Positions 28,067-38,334 of a DNA stretch of 61,291 bases are shown piece after piece; the stretch's first letter is position 1, and each line of letters starts with the position of its first letter. The position numbers and the translations under genes were made by a program. The notes below the pieces were generated by a model. It saw nothing but the letters and a program-made list of their open reading frames with translations, was not told the DNA's origin and did not search any database. The stretch comes from Candidatus Gottesmanbacteria bacterium (lineage in GTDB: Bacteria; Patescibacteriota; Microgenomatia; UBA10105), in assembly GCA_023245415.1 (NCBI GenBank), contig JAHFKJ010000005.1, positions 7,535 through 68,825 of the forward strand, read 5' to 3'.

Positions 28067-28717
28067 CTACACATCAGGAGAAATAATCGTATCTGCTACT
28101 TCAAGAAGTGAATTAAAAATTTTATCAGCTTGGGAATAGTCTGCATCGTAGTAATGAATGTTGGGAACACAAATTACCTGTAAATTTGCTGCTTTAGCTG
28201 AAGTGATACCGTTTACCGAATCTTCGATCGCTACCGCTTCGTGCGCTTGTATTTTCAGCGATTCTAGAACCTTTTTGTAAATATCCAGATAAGGTTTGCC
28301 TCGCAAAACATCATCACCAGTCACAACTGTTGAAAAATAAGATGAAAGCAGAGGAAATTTATGAAAAATAAGTTGAACATACATTGAATCTCCACTGGTA
28401 GCCAAAGCAAGTTTTAAGTGCAAAGACTTAATTTTTTGCAGTAGAGCGTACGCTCCTCTCATAAGCTCCAATTTTTCCCTAGCCAGGGAAAAATATATTT
28501 CCTGGCGTTTCTTATACAACTCGTTAACAGTCCCCGGAAGATCATATATATCTTTGTAATCGGAAATAATATCGATAATGCGCATACCTTCACGCCCGGA
28601 TTGAGGTTGGCTATACACTTTGGAGAATGAGGCAATAAATATCCGCATCGCCTCAATCTGCAAATCCGTTGAATCAACCAAAACCCCATCCAAATCAAAA
28701 ATCACTGCTTTGAGCAT
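28067..28717 (-). CDS. HAD family phosphatase
   Basis: FDLDGVLVDS, GKP, IEDS.NG. Confidence 0.93.
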   Translation of the reverse strand: MLKAVIFDLDGVLVDSTDLQIEAMRIFIASFSKVYSQPQSGREGMRIIDIISDYKDIYDLPGTVNELYKKRQEIYFSLAREKLELMRGAYALLQKIKSLHLKLALATSGDSMYVQLIFHKFPLLSSYFSTVVTGDDVLRGKPYLDIYKKVLESLKIQAHEAVAIEDSVNGITSAKAANLQVICVPNIHYYDADYSQADKIFNSLLEVADTIISPDV

Positions 28718-28853
28718 AAACAAATTGTAAACTTAATGCATATTGCAGTGCAAATTTAAGTTTTGCCTAAAAATAATGAAGATACTTCTGATAACTCAAA
28801 ATGAAACTCCACTGATTTCGGAGCATTTTCAAATACAGAGGTTATTATGAAGA

Positions 28854-29231
28854 CTACATCGATTTTCCACGTTCAAGAATTTGGCGAATTTCTTCAACTA
28901 TTTGACTAGGTTTATACGAACCTTTATCGATAAATTTGACAGCTCCTAACGAATTCACTTTTTCTTCATTTTCGCGACTGCTATAGTTACTCATTGCAAC
29001 AACTGGAACTGACTTAATTTGATCATCTTTTTTTAGTTGACGCAGCAGAGAAAATCCTAATGTCTTGGACAGGATAATGTCAAGTAAAATAATGTCAGGA
29101 TTGGTATTTTTCGCTTGCTCTATTCCTTCTAACCCATCATGAGCCAAAACTACTTCAAATCCTGCTAATTCAAACTCAGTATTGAGTAAATTTATATAAT
29201 CGTCATTATCTTCAACTATCAATACTTTCAT
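28854..29231 (-). CDS. Single-domain response regulator
   Basis: LIVEDN, LLDI, conserved K; receiver domain only. Confidence 0.92.
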   Translation of the reverse strand: MKVLIVEDNDDYINLLNTEFELAGFEVVLAHDGLEGIEQAKNTNPDIILLDIILSKTLGFSLLRQLKKDDQIKSVPVVAMSNYSSRENEEKVNSLGAVKFIDKGSYKPSQIVEEIRQILERGKSM

Positions 29232-29273
29232 ATTTTAAGGTCAATTAAAGTATAACAATTTAAATTATTCAAA

Positions 29274-30950
29274 TCAATTCTCAATCGGCAAAGTAAAATT
29301 AAAAGTTGAGCCGGCGTTGACTTCACTCTCAACCCAAATTTTACCACCATGACTTTCAACGATCCCCCGAGCAATAACCAATCCCAATCCTGTTCCACTA
29401 GCTTCATGTGCACTTGTAGTTATTTGGCGAAACTTGCTAAAAAGCGTGGGTATATCTTTTTCAGAAATTCCCAGTCCCGTATCACGTATCGAAACCAATA
29501 CGTCTTGAGTCTGATTTTTGGTTGTGATGACTATTTCGCCTTGAGTCGTATATTTAATCGCGTTGGATATTAAATTTTGCATCACCTGACTGATACGCAT
29601 TTTATCTATTTCAAGTAACGGCAATTTATCATCAAAAAGTACTCGAATATGCAAATTTTTATCCTGTGCTTGATTTGTAAAAACTGAAATAACGTCTTTA
29701 ATGATATCATTCAGGTTTTCCATTTTTTTGTACACCGTAAATTTACCCGACTCAAGTTTGGCTACATCTAAAAGATCATTAATAAGGGTCAGCAAGTGGT
29801 ATGATGTTCGTTCCAGTAAATCCAGAGAAGCGCTGACTTTTTCGGAAGATAATTCTTGCATCCGCTTTTTGAGCAGCTCGCTGGTCCCCCTTATATTCGT
29901 AAGCGGTGTGCGCAGCTCATGCACGATCATCGAAGTAAAATCTTCGCGCATGCGTTCCAGTTCTTTTTCATGAGTAATATCATGAAAGATTACCACTCCA
30001 CCCAAAATTTCTTCTTTGCCAAGTACTTTAGTTTTGACTGGAGATACGATAATTTGATAAAAATGGTCTCCGATAAATACTTCATCGGCTGTTAAAATCT
30101 TGTTAAGTTTCACGCTTTCTTCAAGTTTTCCCCGTATATCAAATCTGCCGCTTAAATTATCAATAAAGTTAAAAATTGAAACTTCACCGACTTCTAGAGC
30201 ATTAATCATCCGACGTGCAGCTGAATTTACGACTACAATTCGGTAGTCATTATCAGTCATCACAACTCCTTCGGCCATACTTGAAACCATCGCATTCAAT
30301 TTACGCTGTTCTGTTTTTACTACGTCACCAAGTCTGGTCACAGCCTGTGACGCCTGTCGAATAATTTTGTAAAGTATCGTCATTTCTGCTTCTTTATACA
30401 GTCCGTTTCTCGTATCGGCAACTGTCAGAACTCCTACAGCTTTTTCACCGATAACCAGTGGAATATGAAATATGGATCTGGCAGGATCTTCAAGTTCTTC
30501 AACAAGAATTGCCCCAGAAAGTGTTTCTTCCACTTGATTTTTGATCAATTTTTTATCCAAAAGCGCAGATAATGATTCCAACATCGTATCGCGAACATTA
30601 TCGATAAATTTGCGGGAGACTGATTTCTCAAGATGAATTTTATAGACGACTTTTTCAGGTTCTATCAACATATAGGCGACACCGCAGTATTCGATAAATT
30701 GACTTAAAGAACCTGTAATGATATCGATAATTTTCTCTATATTTAGCGAATAACCGATACGTTCGCCCAGTTCTTTTAAAATAGCCAGCTCATACATCCG
30801 CCGGTTAAATTCCTGTTCGCGTTGTCTGACCTCTGCTGTCAATTTCTCTTCATGCAGACTGTATAAGCGATGCATACGTTCCCGCTCATAGAATGCGGCA
30901 ATTACCACTAATATTAAAATTACTAGTAAAACTCCTGCGAAAATCGTCAT
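29274..30950 (-). CDS. Sensor histidine kinase (TM-GAF-PAS-HisKA-HATPase)
   Basis: HELRTPL, NLISNAIKYT, DTGLGI, GTGLGL. Confidence 0.95.
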   Translation of the reverse strand: MTIFAGVLLVILILVVIAAFYERERMHRLYSLHEEKLTAEVRQREQEFNRRMYELAILKELGERIGYSLNIEKIIDIITGSLSQFIEYCGVAYMLIEPEKVVYKIHLEKSVSRKFIDNVRDTMLESLSALLDKKLIKNQVEETLSGAILVEELEDPARSIFHIPLVIGEKAVGVLTVADTRNGLYKEAEMTILYKIIRQASQAVTRLGDVVKTEQRKLNAMVSSMAEGVVMTDNDYRIVVVNSAARRMINALEVGEVSIFNFIDNLSGRFDIRGKLEESVKLNKILTADEVFIGDHFYQIIVSPVKTKVLGKEEILGGVVIFHDITHEKELERMREDFTSMIVHELRTPLTNIRGTSELLKKRMQELSSEKVSASLDLLERTSYHLLTLINDLLDVAKLESGKFTVYKKMENLNDIIKDVISVFTNQAQDKNLHIRVLFDDKLPLLEIDKMRISQVMQNLISNAIKYTTQGEIVITTKNQTQDVLVSIRDTGLGISEKDIPTLFSKFRQITTSAHEASGTGLGLVIARGIVESHGGKIWVESEVNAGSTFNFTLPIEN

Positions 30951-31042
30951 TATATTATTTGTACCTAATAAATGTGCACAAATCAATCTCAATTTTTACT
31001 CGTACTTGACAGACGCTATGATTTATTGTCAATATAGATTTA

Positions 31043-31942
31043 ATGAGTCAAAAACTAGCACCAGTTAAATTTAAACATATTTTCAGCTGGATATTTTTAT
31101 CACTTGTTATTCTACCAAATATGTTTCCGGTATATGCTCAACAAATAACACAACAACGGTGGGTAACAGACCCGATAATAGTTGAAGAAGTCGATAAGAT
31201 CGTTCTAACAGGAAGCATGATCTGTTTTCTACTTTTGGCACTAGCCTTCATCATGGGATTGTATGTGGTGAAAAGTGTGGGTAAAGGCGCAATAAATGTG
31301 ACATTTATAAGTTTTACATTTGGCATATTTTTTACCGGCTTGTCGCGGTTATTTATGTATTTGACAGATATAAATATTTACAGCCTAGAAGAAGTAACTC
31401 ATCATATCTGGTGGCACCTTTTATTTTATTTTTCATTATTATCATTCATCTGGGGCGGGTTACGGCTCAAAGAAATTTCTGTAAAAATGGAAGGCGTTCG
31501 TTTGAGAGACGGTCTGGTATGGGGCTCTATGGTTTTTTTGGGAGTAATTATTTTTGTAGTTGCCCAACCATTAGAAATTGTACTGGGACCGGCTTTGAAA
31601 GGTACGATTATTGAAACCTGGGGTTTGTATCATTTTGTGGCTTTTGCACTGGCTGCAGTTGCAGCGACTTATCTTTTTTACATAAAAACAAACTGGGGGA
31701 AAATATTGAATGTCAGTGTCACTCCGATACTCATATTCTTGCTGCTTATGAGTCTGCAGCATTTATGGGAACTCTTAACAGAAAGCTGGAAAATACTTTC
31801 ACTGGAATCCTACATTATTGAACGGGTTGAGCTAGTAATAGTTCTTTGCGCTTTAGTCTTTCTAAATATAGCTGTTGTACGCATTATCCAATTCATCCAT
31901 TTACAAGCTGCACCTGCTAAAACTGGATTACTCCAAACTTAA
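31043..31942 (+). CDS. Multi-pass (about 7 TM) membrane protein
   Basis: Signal-like N-terminus plus 7 hydrophobic helices containing HHIWWH, YH and QHLWE. Confidence 0.7.
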   Translation: MSQKLAPVKFKHIFSWIFLSLVILPNMFPVYAQQITQQRWVTDPIIVEEVDKIVLTGSMICFLLLALAFIMGLYVVKSVGKGAINVTFISFTFGIFFTGLSRLFMYLTDINIYSLEEVTHHIWWHLLFYFSLLSFIWGGLRLKEISVKMEGVRLRDGLVWGSMVFLGVIIFVVAQPLEIVLGPALKGTIIETWGLYHFVAFALAAVAATYLFYIKTNWGKILNVSVTPILIFLLLMSLQHLWELLTESWKILSLESYIIERVELVIVLCALVFLNIAVVRIIQFIHLQAAPAKTGLLQT

Positions 31943-31946
31943 GAAG

Positions 31947-32219
31947 TTATTCCGGGTTTTTAATAGAAGGATACTTGGCGAAGACGCTACTTAAAGCGTT
32001 TTTCACAATTTGTCCTGATAAAGCCACATATTCATCAATTAACTGCTGTAAAACTTGAACGGGATCGGCCTGAATATCAGTGACTTTGCCTTCAGGGGAG
32101 ATGATAAGTCCGCGAACATTTCGGGCTTTTAACAAAGCTATTTCCGGTCCTAAAATGACTGCCTGTTTAGCGATAACTTCAGTAATTAATGAAACATATT
32201 CAATTTTGTTTTCAGACAT
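31947..32219 (-). CDS. Small hypothetical protein
   Basis: 90 aa; AAGGAA upstream. Confidence 0.7.
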   Translation of the reverse strand: MSENKIEYVSLITEVIAKQAVILGPEIALLKARNVRGLIISPEGKVTDIQADPVQVLQQLIDEYVALSGQIVKNALSSVFAKYPSIKNPE

Positions 32220-32412
32220 AAACTATTCCTTTCAAAATGTGTTCTATTATTTTAGAATAAACGGTTATGTATATCTTGTCAAGTAAGTTCTACATATATT
32301 TTCACTCTTAGTGACAACGCTGTCATATTCAAGCGTAGCAAAAATTCTCACTGGGCAATGCGTACTTTTTTTATAGCTTTGAAATAACATCTTATCAGTG
32401 AAGAGTTAAAAC

Positions 32413-33273
32413 TTACACTTCTGTAAATGGAAAACTTGACTCAGATAGAAATTCCTTCACCTGGTTGTTTCGAATAATCGTAGTCTTCCCGACTCCTTTT
32501 ACGGAAATAAGTTTATTAACCGGATCAAAAAGCAGGGCAGTTTGCTCATCAATACCTATGATGACTACATCATGAGGAAGTAAAGAAATAAGCTGAGCAA
32601 AACGCTCTTTACCCATCCAACATCTCGTAGTATCAAAGTCCTCGCCTTCATGATTATTCCAGTGCGGAATGATCACTAATTTAAGACCAAATTTGCTAAA
32701 AAAATCTAAACCGGGAGCCCAATACAACTTATGACCGGCTTTAAATATTTCGTAGACAGGAAGCGTGTATTTACTTATCGCAACAACTGTAGCAGAACCT
32801 AAACACAAGACACATCCTTCCTGGTGTGCTTCCAGCAGTCGCCTATATGCCAGAGAATTTTGTAAATGCTCTACAGTATACGTCGGACTGCCAGCACCCG
32901 CATACACATAATCTTGCTGCAGAATGGTATCGACAATCTTTGGATTATTCGTAGAATGCGGTCCGTTTTTTTGCCAGGCTCTGATTCGTGTGATTTGCGG
33001 TTTAAAGTTACAGAGTGATGTCTCGAAAAAATTCTGCATCTTATCCGGCCATGCATGTAGTGCATTGACTTCAAATCCGGTAGGTGTTTCCAGAATTCCG
33101 ATACGAATAGGTGATGCTATACCTGCAGCTTTAATAACCTCTTCCTGTATCTTGCGGCCGGTTGGCGACAACTCACCGGAGCCAAAGAGGAGTATTTTGC
33201 CAGGTTTCTCTAATGCCTCGCGTGGAATATAATCATTGGTATGAAATTTTGAGTTATGACTGAATAAAATTAA
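32413..33273 (-). CDS. Peptidase S51/cyanophycinase-like protein, open in the -1 frame from the cysS end
   Basis: GKILLFGSGE, GAGSPTY, PVYEIFK, IPHWNN.EG, GIDE.TA; no ATG/GTG/TTG upstream of the GSGE motif. Confidence 0.8.
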   Translation of the reverse strand, partial: LILFSHNSKFHTNDYIPREALEKPGKILLFGSGELSPTGRKIQEEVIKAAGIASPIRIGILETPTGFEVNALHAWPDKMQNFFETSLCNFKPQITRIRAWQKNGPHSTNNPKIVDTILQQDYVYAGAGSPTYTVEHLQNSLAYRRLLEAHQEGCVLCLGSATVVAISKYTLPVYEIFKAGHKLYWAPGLDFFSKFGLKLVIIPHWNNHEGEDFDTTRCWMGKERFAQLISLLPHDVVIIGIDEQTALLFDPVNKLISVKGVGKTTIIRNNQVKEFLSESSFPFTEV

Positions 33274-34706
33274 TTTTTTTTTACGGATGAAGACTCCGGT
33301 TCATCAATGACAGTATACCCTTTATTTTCAATATCTTTACGCACTCGATCGGCTTCATTAAATTTTTTTTCGGATCGAAGTTGACTTCTCAGTCGCAAAA
33401 GTTTCTCAATTTCCCCAGGAATCGGTTCAATGTAAGAACTAGCAGACGCCACTTCTAGTAAACCAAGCCCCAAAATTTCATCGCAAATCATGAGTAACTC
33501 ATATTTATCAATCACTGGCACATTGCTTTTGAGAATTTGCCAGACACAGGCTAAAGTTTGCGGAGTATTTAAGTCCATGCGGATGACATCCTTAAACTCT
33601 TTGCGCAGATTATTGACCTTTACCAATTTTTCCTCAGACAAACTTTGCCGTTCACCTTTTTCCACTTGAGTTTTAATAACTGCAACCTGACTTTTTAGCT
33701 CACGATAAGCAGTCTGAGCTGCATCTAATGCTTCCCAGGTAAAATTGCTTTCCTGGCGATAGTGAGTCTGTAAAAATAAGTATCTTAATGCCACTGGCAT
33801 AAAACTTCGTTTCACTATATCCTCAAGCGTATAATAATTGTCCAACGATTTGCTCATTTTTGTCCCGTTTACCAGCAAAAAATTGTGGTGAATCCAATAC
33901 TTAACAAATTGTTTACCGGTGGCAGCTTCAGACTGGGCAATTTCGTTCGTGTGATGAATGGGTATATGATCAATGCCTCCGGTATGAATATCGATTGTAT
34001 CACCCAAAAATTTCATTGACATCGCAGAGCATTCGATGTGCCACCCCGGGAAACCTTTGCCCCACGGACTCTCCCATTCCATATCACGTTTTATTCCGGC
34101 TGATGTCAACTTCCATAAAGCAAAATCAGTCGCATGTTTTTTGCCTGCCACCTGTTCCACCCGAGCTCCGGCGAGTTGTTTTTCCGGTATAAAGCCGGCT
34201 AATTTGCCATAATTTGCAAACTTAGTTGAATCGAAATATACGCCATCAGAAATAGTATAGGTAAACCCAAGAGCTTCTAATTTTTGAATAAGACTAATTT
34301 GTTCGGGAATATATTCCGTTGCCCGGCAAATGACGTCCGGCCGACTAACCAAAACCTGATCCATAGTTTTAAAAAAGTAATCTTCATAAAATTTGGCTAC
34401 GTCCCAGGCAGTCTTACCTTCACGTCTGGCGCCTTTTTCCAGCTTATCTTCGCCTGTATCAGCATCGGATACCAGATGACCAACATCGGTAATGTTCATC
34501 ACATGCGTCACGTCATAGGCTAGATAGCGTAATAATCGGACCAGAACATCATCAAACACATATTTACGTATATGTCCGATATGGGTGTAATCATAAACCG
34601 TAGGACCGCAGGCATACACTCCGACTTTCCGGTCATTGCCGGGAACGAAATCTTCAATTTCCCGGGTTAATGTATTGTAGAGCCGCAGTGTATTCTTTAT
34701 TTGCAT
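33270..34706 (-). CDS. cysS: Cysteine--tRNA ligase
   Basis: CGPTVY, HIGH, PGWHIECSAM, KMSKS. Confidence 0.98.
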   Translation of the reverse strand: MQIKNTLRLYNTLTREIEDFVPGNDRKVGVYACGPTVYDYTHIGHIRKYVFDDVLVRLLRYLAYDVTHVMNITDVGHLVSDADTGEDKLEKGARREGKTAWDVAKFYEDYFFKTMDQVLVSRPDVICRATEYIPEQISLIQKLEALGFTYTISDGVYFDSTKFANYGKLAGFIPEKQLAGARVEQVAGKKHATDFALWKLTSAGIKRDMEWESPWGKGFPGWHIECSAMSMKFLGDTIDIHTGGIDHIPIHHTNEIAQSEAATGKQFVKYWIHHNFLLVNGTKMSKSLDNYYTLEDIVKRSFMPVALRYLFLQTHYRQESNFTWEALDAAQTAYRELKSQVAVIKTQVEKGERQSLSEEKLVKVNNLRKEFKDVIRMDLNTPQTLACVWQILKSNVPVIDKYELLMICDEILGLGLLEVASASSYIEPIPGEIEKLLRLRSQLRSEKKFNEADRVRKDIENKGYTVIDEPESSSVKKN

Positions 34707-34790
34707 AAATTTATCCGTATAGTCAGCAGTGTACAGTTAATAATTTTACTTCATAAGTATAGACTATACGCTATAATTACTATACGCTAA

Positions 34791-35279
34791 TTATTGTGAT
34801 TTTACATTTTTTCCCTGTTCGCCGCCGAATTTCTTGGCTTTTAAACCAAATAAATTTCCGCGTTTGGCTTTCGTACTCGGCTGTTTCAATACTTTTTCGG
34901 CTTTTTTCCGTTCTTCCTGAATTTCTTTTTTCTGTTTTTCCATCTCCTCAAACTCCTGCTTCTGCGCGATTGTTCCTTCAGTTTGAGGCTTTGAAAACTC
35001 CCGGATCATTTGCCGGGTAAAGGCGAGTTCTTTTTGTTTTTTGATCTCATCCTGCTGTTTCAGAACTTCAATCAGATTGAAATCCTGCCGGTTGCTTGTC
35101 TTTTGCGTCGGTAAACTTTTCTGTTTTTGTCCCCCCTTACTACCGGAACCGCCACCTTTTTTTTCATAAGGAGCCTCAAATCCGGTTAATTTGGCTGGCA
35201 GCTGAGTCACTTCCTGAACAATTTGCTTGCCAATACCTCCCAACTGATCACCAATCCCTTTGGAAATTCCGTCTGACAT
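34791..35279 (-). CDS. Lys/Gln-rich hypothetical protein
   Basis: 162-aa charged, coiled-coil-like ORF. Confidence 0.65.
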   Translation of the reverse strand: MSDGISKGIGDQLGGIGKQIVQEVTQLPAKLTGFEAPYEKKGGGSGSKGGQKQKSLPTQKTSNRQDFNLIEVLKQQDEIKKQKELAFTRQMIREFSKPQTEGTIAQKQEFEEMEKQKKEIQEERKKAEKVLKQPSTKAKRGNLFGLKAKKFGGEQGKNVKSQ

Positions 35280-35387
35280 AATTCAACAATTTAAGAATAT
35301 TTAAAATATACTTATATCATAAACCAAATACTTTCAATCGTAAATGTCATATTTCTGATCTTAGTACTTTGAAATTAAGAATAAATA

Positions 35388-35687
35388 TTATGCCAGGCCG
35401 AGCTGAATCTTCGCGTCTTCACTCATTCGCTCCGGGCTCCACGGCGGATCAAAAGTGAGGTTTACCTCGACATCTTTAACTCCCCGTAATTCTTTGACGT
35501 GAGAAATAATCGGCTCGGATATCAGGCTAAAAAGCGGACAGCCAATCGTAGTCAGCGTCATTTTCACTTCTACTTTCGTGCCTTCTATGACAACGCCGTA
35601 AATCAGACCCAAGTCCACGATCGATATCCCCAGTTCCGGATCCAATATCGGGCGAATCTTAGCCATAACCACTTCTTTATTGAGCAT
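35388..35687 (-). CDS. DUF59/SufT-like metal-sulfur cluster assembly factor
   Basis: DPELGISIVDLGLIY, TTIGCP, FDPPWSPERMS. Confidence 0.95.
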   Translation of the reverse strand: MLNKEVVMAKIRPILDPELGISIVDLGLIYGVVIEGTKVEVKMTLTTIGCPLFSLISEPIISHVKELRGVKDVEVNLTFDPPWSPERMSEDAKIQLGLA

Positions 35688-35753
35688 TGCTTATATTAAC
35701 AAATACTGCTATACTAAGACCTATAGTAATTATTCGAATAGGTTTTATATACT

Positions 35754-36059
35754 ATGGGCATTGAACAAAGACCTGAAACTAACGATTTTATCTATCGATT
35801 TGATGATCCACGGGAAAAGTTACAAGTTCACCGTGTACATAATGAATTAGCAAATGATCATTATTTCGCACAAGTACAACAACTAGATGATGACAGCGTA
35901 GGTCCATTTCCTGATGAGTTACATGCTGAAACATTTAGTCATTTATTAAAAAATTATGTTGCGCAGGCTCAAGCCGGTTACACACAGCCTATTATACACG
36001 ATCATGCGGGAAGAGAAAAAAGATTTACACCATCTAAAATTCACAGAAGAAGAAAATAA
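35754..36059 (+). CDS. Hypothetical protein
   Basis: ORF only. Confidence 0.5.
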   Translation: MGIEQRPETNDFIYRFDDPREKLQVHRVHNELANDHYFAQVQQLDDDSVGPFPDELHAETFSHLLKNYVAQAQAGYTQPIIHDHAGREKRFTPSKIHRRRK

Positions 36060-36069
36060 TTATATTTAC

Positions 36070-36660
36070 CTATTTTATCAACTTAACTCCTGGTATCGCA
36101 AAAACTTTTTGCAGCGCATCTTTTCCCCCATTTCCAAAACCTATTCTTATATCTGTTGTTTCAGAACCAGGTTTAAATGTAATATAACTTACTTTACCGT
36201 CTATATTCAGTTCTAAAGCGGCTGATGAAGTTGGAGGACTGTCATCATCCAATCCTTCTATAGCTGTGCTAAAAATAGCATCCACAGGAGAGCCCATTTC
36301 ATCCATTAAATTATTATGCATAGGAGGCTGATACTTACTATTAGTCAACATGTAGACTCTGATTGATGCCGGATCATCTGGATCGCCTGTTCCGACAAAA
36401 GGAATTCTTGAGACACCTTTGCGCATAAGATGCAACAATATATCTAACAATTGCTGTGGGTCTCTTGCCGGAAATCCTTCTGTCACATCCACATATGGCG
36501 CATTTAATAATTCTTGAGCAATCATTTCAGCGGTATTATTCGGATCATTAATAAATTCAGGCGTAAAAACTGTCGGAGATGGAATCGCAACTTTCATGTC
36601 CGCCATATTAGTTACTTGTGGTTTTAAATCTACTGTTTCAATTGTAGAATCTGAAATCAT
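36070..36660 (-). CDS. Hypothetical protein
   Basis: 196-aa ORF; AGGAGG upstream. Confidence 0.6.
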   Translation of the reverse strand: MISDSTIETVDLKPQVTNMADMKVAIPSPTVFTPEFINDPNNTAEMIAQELLNAPYVDVTEGFPARDPQQLLDILLHLMRKGVSRIPFVGTGDPDDPASIRVYMLTNSKYQPPMHNNLMDEMGSPVDAIFSTAIEGLDDDSPPTSSAALELNIDGKVSYITFKPGSETTDIRIGFGNGGKDALQKVFAIPGVKLIK

Positions 36661-36911
36661 ATGGATATTACTCGCCCTCCTAAAGCTGTATACCGATCAG
36701 GTTTTATTTTATCAGAAATTACTGAATTTTATCCAGTAATCAATAACTTATTACGCAATATCTTAATCATATATATCTAATCTATATACATAGTACCACT
36801 TTTTCGATCATTTTTTTGAATTGAGTACTTTTGCATGACTTGTTTATAGAAAATAAACCTTGCTACATAAAAAAAGATCGCTAAAATCATAATCTTAATC
36901 CTACTAATTTT

Positions 36912-37673
36912 ATGGTTTCATCTCAATTAAAAGAAGTCGTCATCATCCACCAAGATTCTAATTTATCCTCTCAACTGCAAAATACGGCATTTTTGGGCGG
37001 CAATACAAAAGCACGCAGCTACCGCTCTTGGGTAAGTGCGTTACCCGCATTGGCTGTCAGAAAAACTATACCAGATCAAGTGATAGTTGATAATGTAAAC
37101 TTTAATCCGTCACTGTTCTTCGGCTTTCCCCCAAGCACTCTTATAAGTGCATTCCCAAAAGATGCTGCGCAAGTTCTAGAACTAAAAAAAACAAAATCCG
37201 GACGATTAGTAAGTGTAATCCCGTTGACTGATAGGAGAAATGTCGTTCGTGAACTCACAGGTGATCTTGGAACAAACGGTAAAGTCGTTATTTTTGAAGA
37301 AACTGGCAAACGCGGCCAAATTATCGAAAAAGCTGTCACAACCGCAGGTTGGCCGGAAAGCAATCTCAGAGTTTTTTCCGGATCCCACAACGGGTTATCC
37401 CAGGCGTGTCTCTATACCCATCAAACACCGGTGTGTGCGGTAATTACAAGTTCACCTGTAGCCTATGATGCACTTACTCGTGATACACCCTATTATGCTA
37501 CCGACTTGCAGACACGAGAATGGTCAGTACCACGATCTCAGACAACAAATGAAATTATTGTTCCGCAAGCTGTATTATTTGAATGGGGCCGGTGGACTGA
37601 ACTTGAACAGGTGATGTCCTCACTCGCAGTTTCATGGTTAAATTCTGAAAAATTTCAAAAATATATAAATTGA
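36912..37673 (+). CDS. Hypothetical protein
   Basis: 253-aa ORF, no recognised motif. Confidence 0.6.
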   Translation: MVSSQLKEVVIIHQDSNLSSQLQNTAFLGGNTKARSYRSWVSALPALAVRKTIPDQVIVDNVNFNPSLFFGFPPSTLISAFPKDAAQVLELKKTKSGRLVSVIPLTDRRNVVRELTGDLGTNGKVVIFEETGKRGQIIEKAVTTAGWPESNLRVFSGSHNGLSQACLYTHQTPVCAVITSSPVAYDALTRDTPYYATDLQTREWSVPRSQTTNEIIVPQAVLFEWGRWTELEQVMSSLAVSWLNSEKFQKYIN

Positions 37674-37685
37674 GTATCGGTGTTA

Positions 37686-38309
37686 TTAAAACTCTCTTCT
37701 TCCTTCTAAACTTCGGCTTAAAGTGATTGCGTCTGCATATTCGATATCTGCTCCCATCGGCAAGCCATGGGCTAAACGTGTCACTTTCATGATCAGCGCA
37801 AGATCGGTCTTAAGCTTATTTAGTTCACGCTGTATGTACATGGCTGTCGCCTCTCCTTCCATGTTGGGATTGGTCGCCAAGATTACCTCAGCGATCGGTG
37901 TACTTTGCATTTTTAACCGACTTAGCAGTTCTGCAATTCTGATTTCATCCGGTCCAATATTCAAGAGTGGATTTATCGATCCATGCAGTACATGATACAC
38001 GCCATTAAATTTACCGGTTTTCTCAAATGAAATAATGTCCAGAGCCTGTTCTACGACACAAATAAGTGATTTGTCCCGTGAAGGCTGAGAGCAAATATAA
38101 CAGGGATCTGATTCACCGATATTAAAACACGCGCTGCAAAATACCGTCAGTTTTTTTAAACTGGCGAGAGATTGGCCAAATTCCTCAAGCATTTCCTGAG
38201 GCACATGCAGCAGGTAAAAGGCGAGCCGCTGGGCAGTTTTGGGACCGATTCCCGGCAAACGCTCGAAACTTTCGATTAACTTGACGATTGGTTTGGGAAG
38301 AGAAAACAT
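37686..38309 (-). CDS. recR: Recombination mediator RecR
   Basis: LPGIGPKTAQRLAF, C4 zinc finger, EGEATA. Confidence 0.98.
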   Translation of the reverse strand: MFSLPKPIVKLIESFERLPGIGPKTAQRLAFYLLHVPQEMLEEFGQSLASLKKLTVFCSACFNIGESDPCYICSQPSRDKSLICVVEQALDIISFEKTGKFNGVYHVLHGSINPLLNIGPDEIRIAELLSRLKMQSTPIAEVILATNPNMEGEATAMYIQRELNKLKTDLALIMKVTRLAHGLPMGADIEYADAITLSRSLEGRREF

Positions 38310-38334
38310 GAGGATAATTCTAACATATTAAAAA

